DNA of 64,000 nt from an uncultured Clostridia bacterium. GTDB lineage: Bacteria > Bacillota > Clostridia > Christensenellales > UBA1242. The notes beneath the pieces were generated by a model. It was not told the DNA's origin. It saw nothing but the letters and a program-made list of their open reading frames with translations, and did no database searches. The position numbers and the translations under genes were made by a program. The stretch is taken from positions 217,731 through 281,730 of the forward strand of contig CALWKE010000002.1 in the NCBI GenBank assembly GCA_944381185.1. Reading direction: 5' to 3'. Below, one piece after another: positions 54,173-62,136 of the stretch (within the stretch, counting starts at the first letter, position 1; each line of letters starts with the position of its first letter).

Positions 54173-56206
54173 ATGAAGAAATATTGCATTAAATTAACTA
54201 AAATATTCACTTTAGCGTTATTTGCGTTCCTTTTATCATTCAGTTTGATAAATAATTTTACTATAAAATTTGATAAAACTTTAACGAAATCAAACGCATC
54301 ATCAATATCTGCAGATTTTAGCATTTTTATCAGCAATGCCACCTACTCTACTTTTTATAACAATAAAATTTATTTTATTGATAGTTATGATAATTTGCTA
54401 AAAATTTATGACACTAACAATAAAAAATTTTTAAATGAATATCTTGATTTAACAGAATATGAAGAAATTGTTGACGCCACCTATTTAGATGGAAATATAT
54501 TTTTATATTCATCACTAAATCAATTAGTAATAATTAATTTAAATGATTTGTCAATAAAAACTATATCTAATGAATTATTAACAAATAGCTTAAGCAAAAT
54601 ATCTGTTACAAAAATAAATGATGAAGATTTGCAAAAATTTGCTATAACCCTTTCCCCTGATATAATAAATGAACAAGTTTCACCAGTTGTTATGTTGATT
54701 GATGAAACATCTTTAGAGTTATCTGAAATATGTAAAATTAATTTAGTTTCAAATGATTTTGATGATATTAAAACAAGTCTTATAAAAATATTTGTTTTAA
54801 ATTCTCAAACCGTTGATAATGAAATTAATATTATGTTTTTTTACGGAAGTAATGTAGCCTTTGCATCACTTTCAATTAACTCATTAAAAAACAATGAAAC
54901 AATTTCATCGGTAACATTAATTTCGGCGCAACTTGATAACACCAATCATAACATAAATATAAAAAATATCAATTTGATGCAAATATCAAATAATTCATAT
55001 TATCTTATAACCTATTCTGACAACTCAAACAATGCTTATTCAAGGCTTTACAGATACAAACTTACAAATAGCATAGAAACAAGTTTTGAGTATTTATCTC
55101 AAATAGAAACCTCAAACACTAAATATGTTTTAACTTCAAATGAATATGTAATTTTTCCAAATGATAACCAATCAATAACCTATGTAAAAATAGAATATGA
55201 TGATGAAAATGAAATTATTTCTAATATTAACACAACAATAACAAACCCAATTGTTACACCTGAATATTTTGAAGAAGAAAATTTTGTTTATATGCAAACA
55301 AATAAAAACACAAAACTACTTTCTTCTCCTTGGGATTTCGACGAAATAATTATTATAAATGAAAATATTGATATAATAAACATTGGAAAAGGCAAAATTG
55401 AAAGCGAAAATTCAGTCATTGAAGACTTTTTGTATTGTTTATACACATTTGATGGCGTCAATTATAAAGGTTACATTAAAACCGAAGATTTGACTGAAAA
55501 ACAAATAATACCTGTTGAAAATTATCCTTATCCGGTGTTCAAAACAGTTCCAAACTCAAATCTATACTCCCTGCCAACAAAAGTTTTGGGCGACATGATA
55601 ACAAATGATTTATCATCATCTGTAATTATGCAAATTGAAGCAAATTCAAGAGTTGAAGTTTTAGATGTTATTTGTGGCTACACTTCTCTTGATTCAACAA
55701 TGATAAAAGTAAAAGTAAATAATAACCAAATTGGATATATTGAAACAAATAACATAATTCACCCAAGTGATAAAGTTGATTATGTCATAACAAATTCAGC
55801 AATCAAACAAGATAAAACAAATGTTTATATAAATGCTAATTCAAATAGTGCAATTATTTATACATTAGATAAAGGTTATAGAATAAGAATAAATGCAGTT
55901 CGTGACACAAAAACTGGATACACAAGTATAACTTTTAATGACGAATACGGAAATGAATTTTCTGGTTATATTATCACTGATGTAATTTCAGCAGATAGTT
56001 GGACAACATTGCAAATAGTTGGTTGCATTTTAATAGCAATAAATATTGGCCTTTTAATATTAATTCTGTTATTCAAAAAAGAAAAAATCGGAGGACGAGG
56101 TCAAAAATATACTGCTAGTGAAACCACAAATTACGGCAAAACAAATATTACAAATTCTAATATAAAATCAAATGAATCAAACAACAAAAAAGAAGATGAA
56201 AAGTAA
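54173..56206 (+). CDS. Membrane protein: signal peptide, beta-rich ectodomain, three SH3b-like repeats, TM helix, then a Lys/Asn/Glu-rich tail
   Basis: 677 aa. N-terminal signal IFTLALFAFLLSFSLI. SH3b-like repeats end in YKGYIKTEDL, QIGYIETNNI and FSGYIITDVI. TM helix LQIVGCILIAINIGLLILILLF. Confidence 0.65.
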   Translation: MKKYCIKLTKIFTLALFAFLLSFSLINNFTIKFDKTLTKSNASSISADFSIFISNATYSTFYNNKIYFIDSYDNLLKIYDTNNKKFLNEYLDLTEYEEIVDATYLDGNIFLYSSLNQLVIINLNDLSIKTISNELLTNSLSKISVTKINDEDLQKFAITLSPDIINEQVSPVVMLIDETSLELSEICKINLVSNDFDDIKTSLIKIFVLNSQTVDNEINIMFFYGSNVAFASLSINSLKNNETISSVTLISAQLDNTNHNINIKNINLMQISNNSYYLITYSDNSNNAYSRLYRYKLTNSIETSFEYLSQIETSNTKYVLTSNEYVIFPNDNQSITYVKIEYDDENEIISNINTTITNPIVTPEYFEEENFVYMQTNKNTKLLSSPWDFDEIIIINENIDIINIGKGKIESENSVIEDFLYCLYTFDGVNYKGYIKTEDLTEKQIIPVENYPYPVFKTVPNSNLYSLPTKVLGDMITNDLSSSVIMQIEANSRVEVLDVICGYTSLDSTMIKVKVNNNQIGYIETNNIIHPSDKVDYVITNSAIKQDKTNVYINANSNSAIIYTLDKGYRIRINAVRDTKTGYTSITFNDEYGNEFSGYIITDVISADSWTTLQIVGCILIAINIGLLILILLFKKEKIGGRGQKYTASETTNYGKTNITNSNIKSNESNNKKEDEK

Positions 56207-56222
56207 TCATCTTCTTTTTTTA
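56191..56222 (+). terminator. Intrinsic terminator overlapping the stop codon of the 677-aa gene
   Basis: AGAAGATGA-aaagtaa-TCATCTTCT (9 bp) followed by T6. Confidence 0.75.
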
Positions 56223-56251
56223 GATTCATTAGAATTAATATTGTTATCAAA

Positions 56252-56770
56252 TTATTCAATTTGGTCCAACTTATAAAGCAAAAATTCATTAATAGCACGT
56301 TCTATCATAGACTTGTCACGCTTTAATAATCGTGCTTTAATAACATCTTCATAATCAAGGAAAGAAATTTGAACATCACCATCGTCAAATTCGCCTTTTA
56401 ACCCTAAATTATGTTCTTTAAATCCTTTAAATTTACAAAAATAGAAAAATTCAACACGATCTGAATCAAAAGTAATGCCATCATAATTAAAATTTTTTGA
56501 AGTATGATAATATTTGCCAACAATTTTTATTGGAATAATTTCAGCACCAGTTTCTTCAAAAACCTCTCTAATAACCGCATCTTTAATAGTTTCGTTTTCT
56601 TCTATTGTTCCACCGGGAATTGAAAATCCATTATGTTTATTAGAATGCAATAACAAAATTTGACCCATATCATTTAAAATTATACCCCTAACCTTTCGGG
56701 TACATTTATGGTTCAAATAGTTTTCATAGTATAGTCTTGATTTATCTTCATAATATTCTTTAGATGCCAT
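56252..56770 (-). CDS. NUDIX hydrolase
   Basis: 172 aa with a complete Nudix box, GTIEENETIKDAVIREVFEETGA (G-x5-E-x7-REUxEExGU). Confidence 0.9.
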   Translation of the reverse strand: MASKEYYEDKSRLYYENYLNHKCTRKVRGIILNDMGQILLLHSNKHNGFSIPGGTIEENETIKDAVIREVFEETGAEIIPIKIVGKYYHTSKNFNYDGITFDSDRVEFFYFCKFKGFKEHNLGLKGEFDDGDVQISFLDYEDVIKARLLKRDKSMIERAINEFLLYKLDQIE

Positions 56771-56784
56771 AATATCTTACTGCA

Positions 56785-56813
56785 ATTTTATACCTATATT
56801 TAAAATTTGTCAA
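56785..56813 (-). promoter_or_regulatory. Sigma-A type promoter of the NUDIX gene, giving a very short leader
   Basis: Minus strand has TTGACA (56813..56808), 17-nt spacer and TAAAAT (56790..56785). The ATG at 56770 is 14 nt downstream of the -10 box, and no SD is visible. Confidence 0.5.
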
Positions 56814-56828
56814 ATATGAAATTATTAA

Positions 56829-58634
56829 TTAAATTTTATCTTCACTATTGTTTTTAATTAAACTGATATGAATTTCTTCAATTTGTTTATCGGTTACAAA
56901 ATCAGGTGCTTCCATAACAAGGTCTGCACTTGTTTGAATTTTAGGAAATGCAATAACTGACTTAATATCAGATGAACCTGAAAGTAACATAACAAGCCTG
57001 TCAAGTCCAAAGGCTAACCCACCATGTGGTGGTGCACCATATTTAAATGCTTCAATGAAAAATCCAAAAAGTTCGTTAATTTTCTTATCATCCATACCAA
57101 GTGCTTCAAACATTTTAGCCTGAAGTTCAGGGTCATGAATTCTAATACTTCCACCACCAACTTCATATCCGTTGATAACAATATCATATGCTTTTGCATA
57201 TACTTTTTCAGGACTGGTTAACAAATATTTAATACAGTCATCTTTAGGAGCAGTAAACGGATGATGAAGTGCAACAAATCTTTCTTCTTCATCACTATAT
57301 TCAAATTCAGGAAAATCAACAACCCAGAGTGCATTAAATTTTGATTTATCAATTAAATCAAACTTTTCAGCAAGATGAAGTCGAAGTTTGCCAAGAGCAG
57401 TTAAAACAATTTTATTTTTTGCATCAGCCACAAAGAATATAACATCGCCTTTTGTTGCATTAGTTCTCTTAATAATTTCATCAATTTGTTCTTTTGTAAA
57501 GAATTTTAATAAAGGACTCTTTGGAGTATCTTCTTCAAAAGTAATATAACTCATGCCCGGAGCACCAGTTCCCTTGACAAAAGTAACAAGTTTTTCAAGT
57601 TCAGTTCTAGATAATTTTTCAAACATTCCCTTTCCGTTAATAACACGAACACTGCCACCTTGAAGCACTGCATTTTTAAATGGAACAAGTGTGCAATCTT
57701 TTGCTAGGTCAGAAATATCAACAAGTTCAAGTCCAAATCTTGTATCTGGCTTATCAGAACCATATTTTGACATGGCTTCATCATAAGTAATTCGTGGTAA
57801 TGTCCCTAGATCATAGCCAATTGTGTCTTTGAAAATTTTAACAAAAAGTTTTTCAGTTATTTGCATAACTTGTTCTTCTTTATCAACAAAAGACATTTCC
57901 ATATCGACTTGAGTAAATTCTGGTTGCCTGTCAGCTCTTAAATCTTCATCTCTAAAACATTTTGCAATTTGATAATATCTATCAATACCAGAAATCATTA
58001 AAAGTTGTTTATAAAGTTGTGGACTTTGTGGAAGAGCAAAAAACTTGTTTGGAAAAACTCGGCTAGGAACTAAATAATCTCTAGCACCCTCTGGAGTAGA
58101 TTTTCCAAGAATTGGGGTTTCAACTTCAATAAATGAATTGTTATCAAAAAAATCACGAACAATTTTACATATCTCGTTTCGCAAAAGAAGTTTTTGCATA
58201 ACAACATCTCTTCTAATATCAAGATACCTGTATTTTAATCTAACAGAATCTGAAGGACTGTCGTCTTCGTTAATTTGAAAAGGTATTGGCAAACTTTTCG
58301 CTAATACTTTCATTTTAACAGCACGGATTTCAATATATCCAGTTTTGCTTTTTGGATCAATAGTATCTTCTTCTCTTTTTACAAGTTTTCCACAAACTGA
58401 AATAACAAATTCATTTCTTAATTTGTCAACTTTATCATAATCATCTAAAAATTTTGACCTATCAAAAACAACTTGAAGTTTACCAGTTCTGTCACGAAGG
58501 TCAACAAACACAAGGTCACCAAAATCCCTTCTGTTAGCAACCCAACCATGTGCAACAACTTCACTATCCAAATCATCAGTAGTAAATTCTCCACAAAATT
58601 TTGTTCGTTCTAATCCATCTAAAATATCTAACAT
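56829..58634 (-). CDS. aspS: Aspartate--tRNA ligase
   Basis: Colinear with bacterial AspRS, including the OB-fold N-terminus HGWVANRRDFGDLVFVDLRDRTG and class II motifs (FRDEDLRADRQPEFTQ, GGGSIRIH, GLAFGLDR). I moved the start to ATG 58634 (MLDILDG), which has AAGGAGA 6 nt upstream. The track start at 58673 lies inside the terminator/leader. Confidence 0.93.
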   Translation of the reverse strand: MLDILDGLERTKFCGEFTTDDLDSEVVAHGWVANRRDFGDLVFVDLRDRTGKLQVVFDRSKFLDDYDKVDKLRNEFVISVCGKLVKREEDTIDPKSKTGYIEIRAVKMKVLAKSLPIPFQINEDDSPSDSVRLKYRYLDIRRDVVMQKLLLRNEICKIVRDFFDNNSFIEVETPILGKSTPEGARDYLVPSRVFPNKFFALPQSPQLYKQLLMISGIDRYYQIAKCFRDEDLRADRQPEFTQVDMEMSFVDKEEQVMQITEKLFVKIFKDTIGYDLGTLPRITYDEAMSKYGSDKPDTRFGLELVDISDLAKDCTLVPFKNAVLQGGSVRVINGKGMFEKLSRTELEKLVTFVKGTGAPGMSYITFEEDTPKSPLLKFFTKEQIDEIIKRTNATKGDVIFFVADAKNKIVLTALGKLRLHLAEKFDLIDKSKFNALWVVDFPEFEYSDEEERFVALHHPFTAPKDDCIKYLLTSPEKVYAKAYDIVINGYEVGGGSIRIHDPELQAKMFEALGMDDKKINELFGFFIEAFKYGAPPHGGLAFGLDRLVMLLSGSSDIKSVIAFPKIQTSADLVMEAPDFVTDKQIEEIHISLIKNNSEDKI

Positions 58635-58663
58635 AATATTTCTCCTTTTTATTACTTTAAATG

Positions 58664-58695
58664 AAAAAAGCACATCCGAGTTATTTCGAATGTGC
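58664..58695 (-). terminator. Attenuator terminator in the aspS leader
   Basis: Minus strand reads GCACATTCGA-AATAAC-TCGGATGTGC (10 bp, one G-U) followed by TTTTTT. It ends 16 nt before the aspS RBS. Confidence 0.75.
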
Positions 58696-58746
58696 CAAAC
58701 ATTAAAATTTTAACAATTAACAAAATAACCCATTTAATAATGTGCT

Positions 58747-58788
58747 TTAGTCGTTATTATTGTTATTATTGTTAATAAATCTTTTCAT
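58747..58788 (-). CDS. Leader peptide MKRFINNNNNNND (seven Asn codons then one Asp codon) upstream of aspS
   Basis: Minus strand reads GAGGT-aact-ATG AAA AGA TTT ATT AAC AAT AAT AAC AAT AAT AAC GAC TAA. It lies between a near-consensus promoter and the attenuator terminator. Confidence 0.6.
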   Translation of the reverse strand: MKRFINNNNNNND

Positions 58789-58810
58789 AGTTACCTCAAT
58801 AAACAATAAA

Positions 58811-58839
58811 ATATTATCATAATTATTCACTAATGTCAA
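58811..58839 (-). promoter_or_regulatory. Sigma-A type promoter of the aspS leader
   Basis: Minus strand has TTGACA (58839..58834), 17-nt spacer and TAATAT (58816..58811). Confidence 0.7.
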
Positions 58840-58966
58840 TAACTTTTAAATAATTTACAAAAAGTTATATTTATATAATTGATAATATAATTTAATAAAT
58901 AAAATTTTACAACAAATATGCAATTTTATATCAATATTTCATTTAAAATAAATAAATTTTGCGTTT

Positions 58967-59560
58967 TTATAAATTAATAATATAATTATAAATATCTTTC
59001 CAATTGCTAAAATAAACAATGTTTTTATTAACAAATGATTTTTTTATTTCATTTGTTATTCTAATTGTTTTTATACCTAAAAGAGCAGAAGCTGTGCAAT
59101 TTGTTAAACTATCATCAATAAATAAATCTATTTTTTGATTTTGAATTTCAATAGACTTATTTTTAGCATTAACAACAATTTTATCATACATTATGTTATT
59201 TTTATCAAGCCAATCTTTGCTTAATTTATATGGGTCTTCATGAAAAACAGTATCTCTTGCTGTTATTATAATAATTTTATTGCCCATTGCTTTTAATTTA
59301 TTAATTGCTTGAACTGCAAAATCTCTTGGCTTTGCGTTGTTCATAATTTCTTCCTGAATATCTCGCATAAAAAACATGAATTCATCATCATTAAAATTAA
59401 AATATTTTTGATAACATGAACCATCATTTTTTACATCTTCAATAATTTTATTTGTTTTTGGCAAAGGTTTCCCCAACTCTTTTAAATAATTAAATCCACT
59501 ATTATAAAATTCTTTTTTTATATCAGTTATTGTATCGTCTATATCAACCCCAATATTCAT
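58967..59560 (-). CDS. HAD-superfamily hydrolase, 5'(3')-nucleotidase-like
   Basis: 197 aa. HAD motif I DIDDT at residues 6-10, motif II IIIITARD, motif III/IV K..DLFIDDS. RBS GAAGGTG. Confidence 0.6.
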   Translation of the reverse strand: MNIGVDIDDTITDIKKEFYNSGFNYLKELGKPLPKTNKIIEDVKNDGSCYQKYFNFNDDEFMFFMRDIQEEIMNNAKPRDFAVQAINKLKAMGNKIIIITARDTVFHEDPYKLSKDWLDKNNIMYDKIVVNAKNKSIEIQNQKIDLFIDDSLTNCTASALLGIKTIRITNEIKKSFVNKNIVYFSNWKDIYNYIINL

Positions 59561-59583
59561 TTATCACCTTCTAAATTAATTTT

Positions 59584-59645
59584 AAATAAAAATGCGAACT
59601 TTAGATTTGAGTTAAAACTATTAAAACTCGCATTCAAGTTCGCAT
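59584..59645 (-). terminator. Long hairpin terminator downstream of tRNA-Leu
   Basis: Minus strand has ATGCGAACTT...AAGTTCGCAT (10-bp outer stem with an inner GAGTT/AACTC helix) followed by TTTTATTT. Confidence 0.6.
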
Positions 59646-59655
59646 TATTAAAATT

Positions 59656-59741
59656 TGGTGCCGAAGGCGGGACTTGAACCCGCACGAAGTTACCCTCAAC
59701 AGATTTTGAGTCTGTCGTGTCTGCCATTTCACCACTTCGGC
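59656..59741 (-). tRNA. tRNA-Leu (anticodon CAA), class II long variable arm, CCA encoded
   Basis: Minus strand reads GCCGAAGTGGTGAAATGGCAGACACGACAGACTCAAAATCTGTTGAGGGTAACTTCGTGCGGGTTCAAGTCCCGCCTTCGGCACCA. Acceptor stem GCCGAAG/CTTCGGC, anticodon stem ACAGA/TCTGT with loop CU-CAA-AA, T-arm GCGGG-TTCAAGT-CCCGC. Confidence 0.93.
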
Positions 59742-59825
59742 AAATTATTTATATGTCACTTAACGAGAACTATAATAACATATAAACAATTTTTTTGCAA
59801 TAAAAATTAATAAATTTAATTTATT

Positions 59826-60557
59826 TTACCAAATCTCATCGCCTTCATTATCATCAGCATGCGACATAAAAGTTTCTTCATTGTCATTTTGTTTTTCAAT
59901 AAGTTTTTTCATCTTTTTGTTCTCACGCTGTTCTTTATTAAATTTATGTGCAATTTTTGATATTGTGTTAACAACAAAGTTGTATTTCATATAAGTATCT
60001 TCATTTGGTTCTTCATAAATATCTTCAATTTTAATTAAATGTTTCTCATCACCTGATGTGTTTAATGAAACATTATAGCCTAAAACTTCACCCGTTCTTG
60101 TGTTTATCATGCTAAGTAAACCTTTTGCATTAATTTTAACAAGACCCGCTGTGTCGTTATTAAAAATAAAGAAATTTGAACTTTTATCAAATTCACCAAC
60201 ATAATCACATAAAAAATAATTATCACGAAGTTCTGAATTATCTGAATAAACTTTGTGAATTTTTACTTTTCTAATGCTTGCCTGTTCAAAATTTGAAGTA
60301 GCCGGAAAGTGTATTCCAAGTTTATCAAACATTGCCCTATCAAAACAACTTGAAATACTTTCTTGAGATTGCAGATGCATTTGGTTTATGCAGTCAAGTT
60401 TATTATCTTGTTTTCTTACTCTTAAATATATATTGCCTTCATTATCATAAAGCCAAACTCTAACAACCTTATGCCATAAACCTTTATAATGAACATCAAA
60501 TTCATCTTCAGATGATTGAAAAACACCATTTTCATCAAATGTATCGTAATATTCCAT
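59826..60557 (-). CDS. Nudix-fold-like protein with a degenerate Nudix box
   Basis: 243 aa. The N-terminus, YYDTFDENG..HYKGLWHKVVRVWLYDNEGNIYLRVRKQDNK, matches the Idi/YfcD-like Nudix pattern. The box region reads QESISSCFDRAMFDKLGI, with REx2EE replaced by RAx2DK. The gene starts 9 nt after the cysS stop. Confidence 0.5.
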   Translation of the reverse strand: MEYYDTFDENGVFQSSEDEFDVHYKGLWHKVVRVWLYDNEGNIYLRVRKQDNKLDCINQMHLQSQESISSCFDRAMFDKLGIHFPATSNFEQASIRKVKIHKVYSDNSELRDNYFLCDYVGEFDKSSNFFIFNNDTAGLVKINAKGLLSMINTRTGEVLGYNVSLNTSGDEKHLIKIEDIYEEPNEDTYMKYNFVVNTISKIAHKFNKEQRENKKMKKLIEKQNDNEETFMSHADDNEGDEIW

Positions 60558-60566
60558 AATACCTCT

Positions 60567-61994
60567 TTATATTTTTTTATCTAAAACATCAACACCTAAT
60601 TCTATTAATTTGTCACGAATATAATCAGATAGTTGATAATTTTTTTCAGAACGCAATTTTGTTCTAATATCAGAAATCAAATTTAAAAGTTCAGAATCTT
60701 TAGTTTTATTTTCTGATTTTATTTTATCACAAACAAACTCTAATCCCAAAACATCTTCAACAACTTTTATAATAGAATTTATAATTATTAAGGTTTCTGA
60801 CTCATTATTTTTTAATGCATTACTTGCAAGTTTAGAAAGTTTTAAAACTTCTGCCATTGCAAGAGGTGTATTAAAATCATCACTCATAGCTGAAATAAAA
60901 TTATTATAAATTTCAGAAAGTTCATCATTATTTATTTTATTACTTTTTAAATTAATAATTTTGTTTAAAGATTTTTCTTTTACTTGTGAAAAATTTTCAA
61001 CAAGCTTGTCATACTGCTCTTTAACTTTGCTTATTGCATTAAAACTAAAATCAACTGGTTTTCTATAATGAAATTGCAAAATATAATATCTTATTAAAAG
61101 TGGGTCAAATTTTTCAAATAAATCATTAAGTGTGATGAAGTTACCTAAACTTTTACCCATTTTTGTTCCATTAACAGTAACAAGATTATTATGCATAAAA
61201 TAATTAACAAAAGGTTTTCCGTTAGCAACTTCACTTTGAGCAATTTCACTATCATGATGAGGAAATATATTATCAATTCCACCACCATGAATATCAAATG
61301 TTTCACCTAAAAATTTGCGGCTTAATGTTGAACATTCAATATGCCAGCCCGGATATCCAACTCCCCAAGGTGAATTCCATTTCATTATGTGTCCACCGAC
61401 TGCTGATTTCCATAAGGCAAAATCTTCCGGATATTCTTTATCATCTGCAACAGAGATTCGCTCTCCTGAAAGATTATTTTCAATTTTTCTATTTGAAAGT
61501 TTTCCATAATCAGAAAATTTATGAACTGAAAAGTAAACATTGCCCTGTTTTGTCACATAAGCATATCCTTTTTCAATTATTTTTTGGATAAATTCAATAA
61601 TATCAGGAATAAAGCCTGTTGCTCTTGCACTAATGGTTGGTCTTTTAATATTAAGCTTATCCATAAAATAAAAATATTCTGTTTCATATTTATATGCAAG
61701 TGCATATGGGTCAACATTCTCTTTTTGGGCTTGAACCAAAATTTTATCTTGACCATCATCACTATCACCAACCAAATGGCCAACATCAGTTATATTTTGA
61801 ACATATTTAACATTATAGCCAGCATATTCAAAAAATCTTCTAACAACATCAAAATTAACATAAGATTTTGCATGACCTAAATGTGGTGGACCGTAAACAG
61901 TTGGACCACAAACATACATTCCAACCCTTCCTTCTTGAATTGGTTTAAAAATTTCTTTTTTTCTTGACAATGAATTATAAATAAATATTTGCAT
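60567..61994 (-). CDS. cysS: Cysteine--tRNA ligase
   Basis: HIGH motif PPHLGHAKSY and KMSKS motif TKMGKSLGN, colinear with CysRS. I moved the start to ATG 61994 (MQIFIYNS), 6 nt downstream of GGAGG (62005..62001). The track start at 62000 abuts the RBS. Confidence 0.93.
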   Translation of the reverse strand: MQIFIYNSLSRKKEIFKPIQEGRVGMYVCGPTVYGPPHLGHAKSYVNFDVVRRFFEYAGYNVKYVQNITDVGHLVGDSDDGQDKILVQAQKENVDPYALAYKYETEYFYFMDKLNIKRPTISARATGFIPDIIEFIQKIIEKGYAYVTKQGNVYFSVHKFSDYGKLSNRKIENNLSGERISVADDKEYPEDFALWKSAVGGHIMKWNSPWGVGYPGWHIECSTLSRKFLGETFDIHGGGIDNIFPHHDSEIAQSEVANGKPFVNYFMHNNLVTVNGTKMGKSLGNFITLNDLFEKFDPLLIRYYILQFHYRKPVDFSFNAISKVKEQYDKLVENFSQVKEKSLNKIINLKSNKINNDELSEIYNNFISAMSDDFNTPLAMAEVLKLSKLASNALKNNESETLIIINSIIKVVEDVLGLEFVCDKIKSENKTKDSELLNLISDIRTKLRSEKNYQLSDYIRDKLIELGVDVLDKKI

Positions 61995-62007
61995 AAACAT
62001 CCTCCAA

Positions 62008-62039
62008 ACAAAAAAGATGAGCAGTTATCTACTCATCTT
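62008..62039 (-). terminator. Attenuator terminator in the cysS leader
   Basis: Minus strand reads AAGATGAG-TAGATAACTG-CTCATCTT followed by TTTTG, ending 2 nt before the cysS RBS. Confidence 0.7.
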
Positions 62040-62088
62040 AATATATTAGACAACTGAAAAAAACCTTATAAAAAGGTTAAAATTTTAT

Positions 62089-62115
62089 TCAGTTACAACA
62101 ACACATTTTTTTCAT
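62089..62115 (-). CDS. Leader peptide MKKMCCCN (three consecutive Cys codons) upstream of cysS
   Basis: Minus strand reads GAGGG-aaat-ATG AAA AAA ATG TGT TGT TGT AAC TGA, about 15 nt downstream of the predicted transcription start of a consensus promoter. Confidence 0.65.
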   Translation of the reverse strand: MKKMCCCN

Positions 62116-62136
62116 ATTTCCCTCAAATATACAAAA

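Noticed and set aside
58635-58966. T-box riboswitch upstream of aspS, and likewise 62001-62175 upstream of cysS
   Set aside because: - A T-box was expected from Bacillota biology and I looked for one.
- The distance from promoter to start codon is only about 140-175 nt.
- I could find no T-box consensus (AAnnnGGGUGGUACCGCG-like), no specifier-loop/stem I architecture and no GA (K-turn) motif.
- Mini-ORFs plus terminators fit the sequence better.
- An Rfam scan is still needed.
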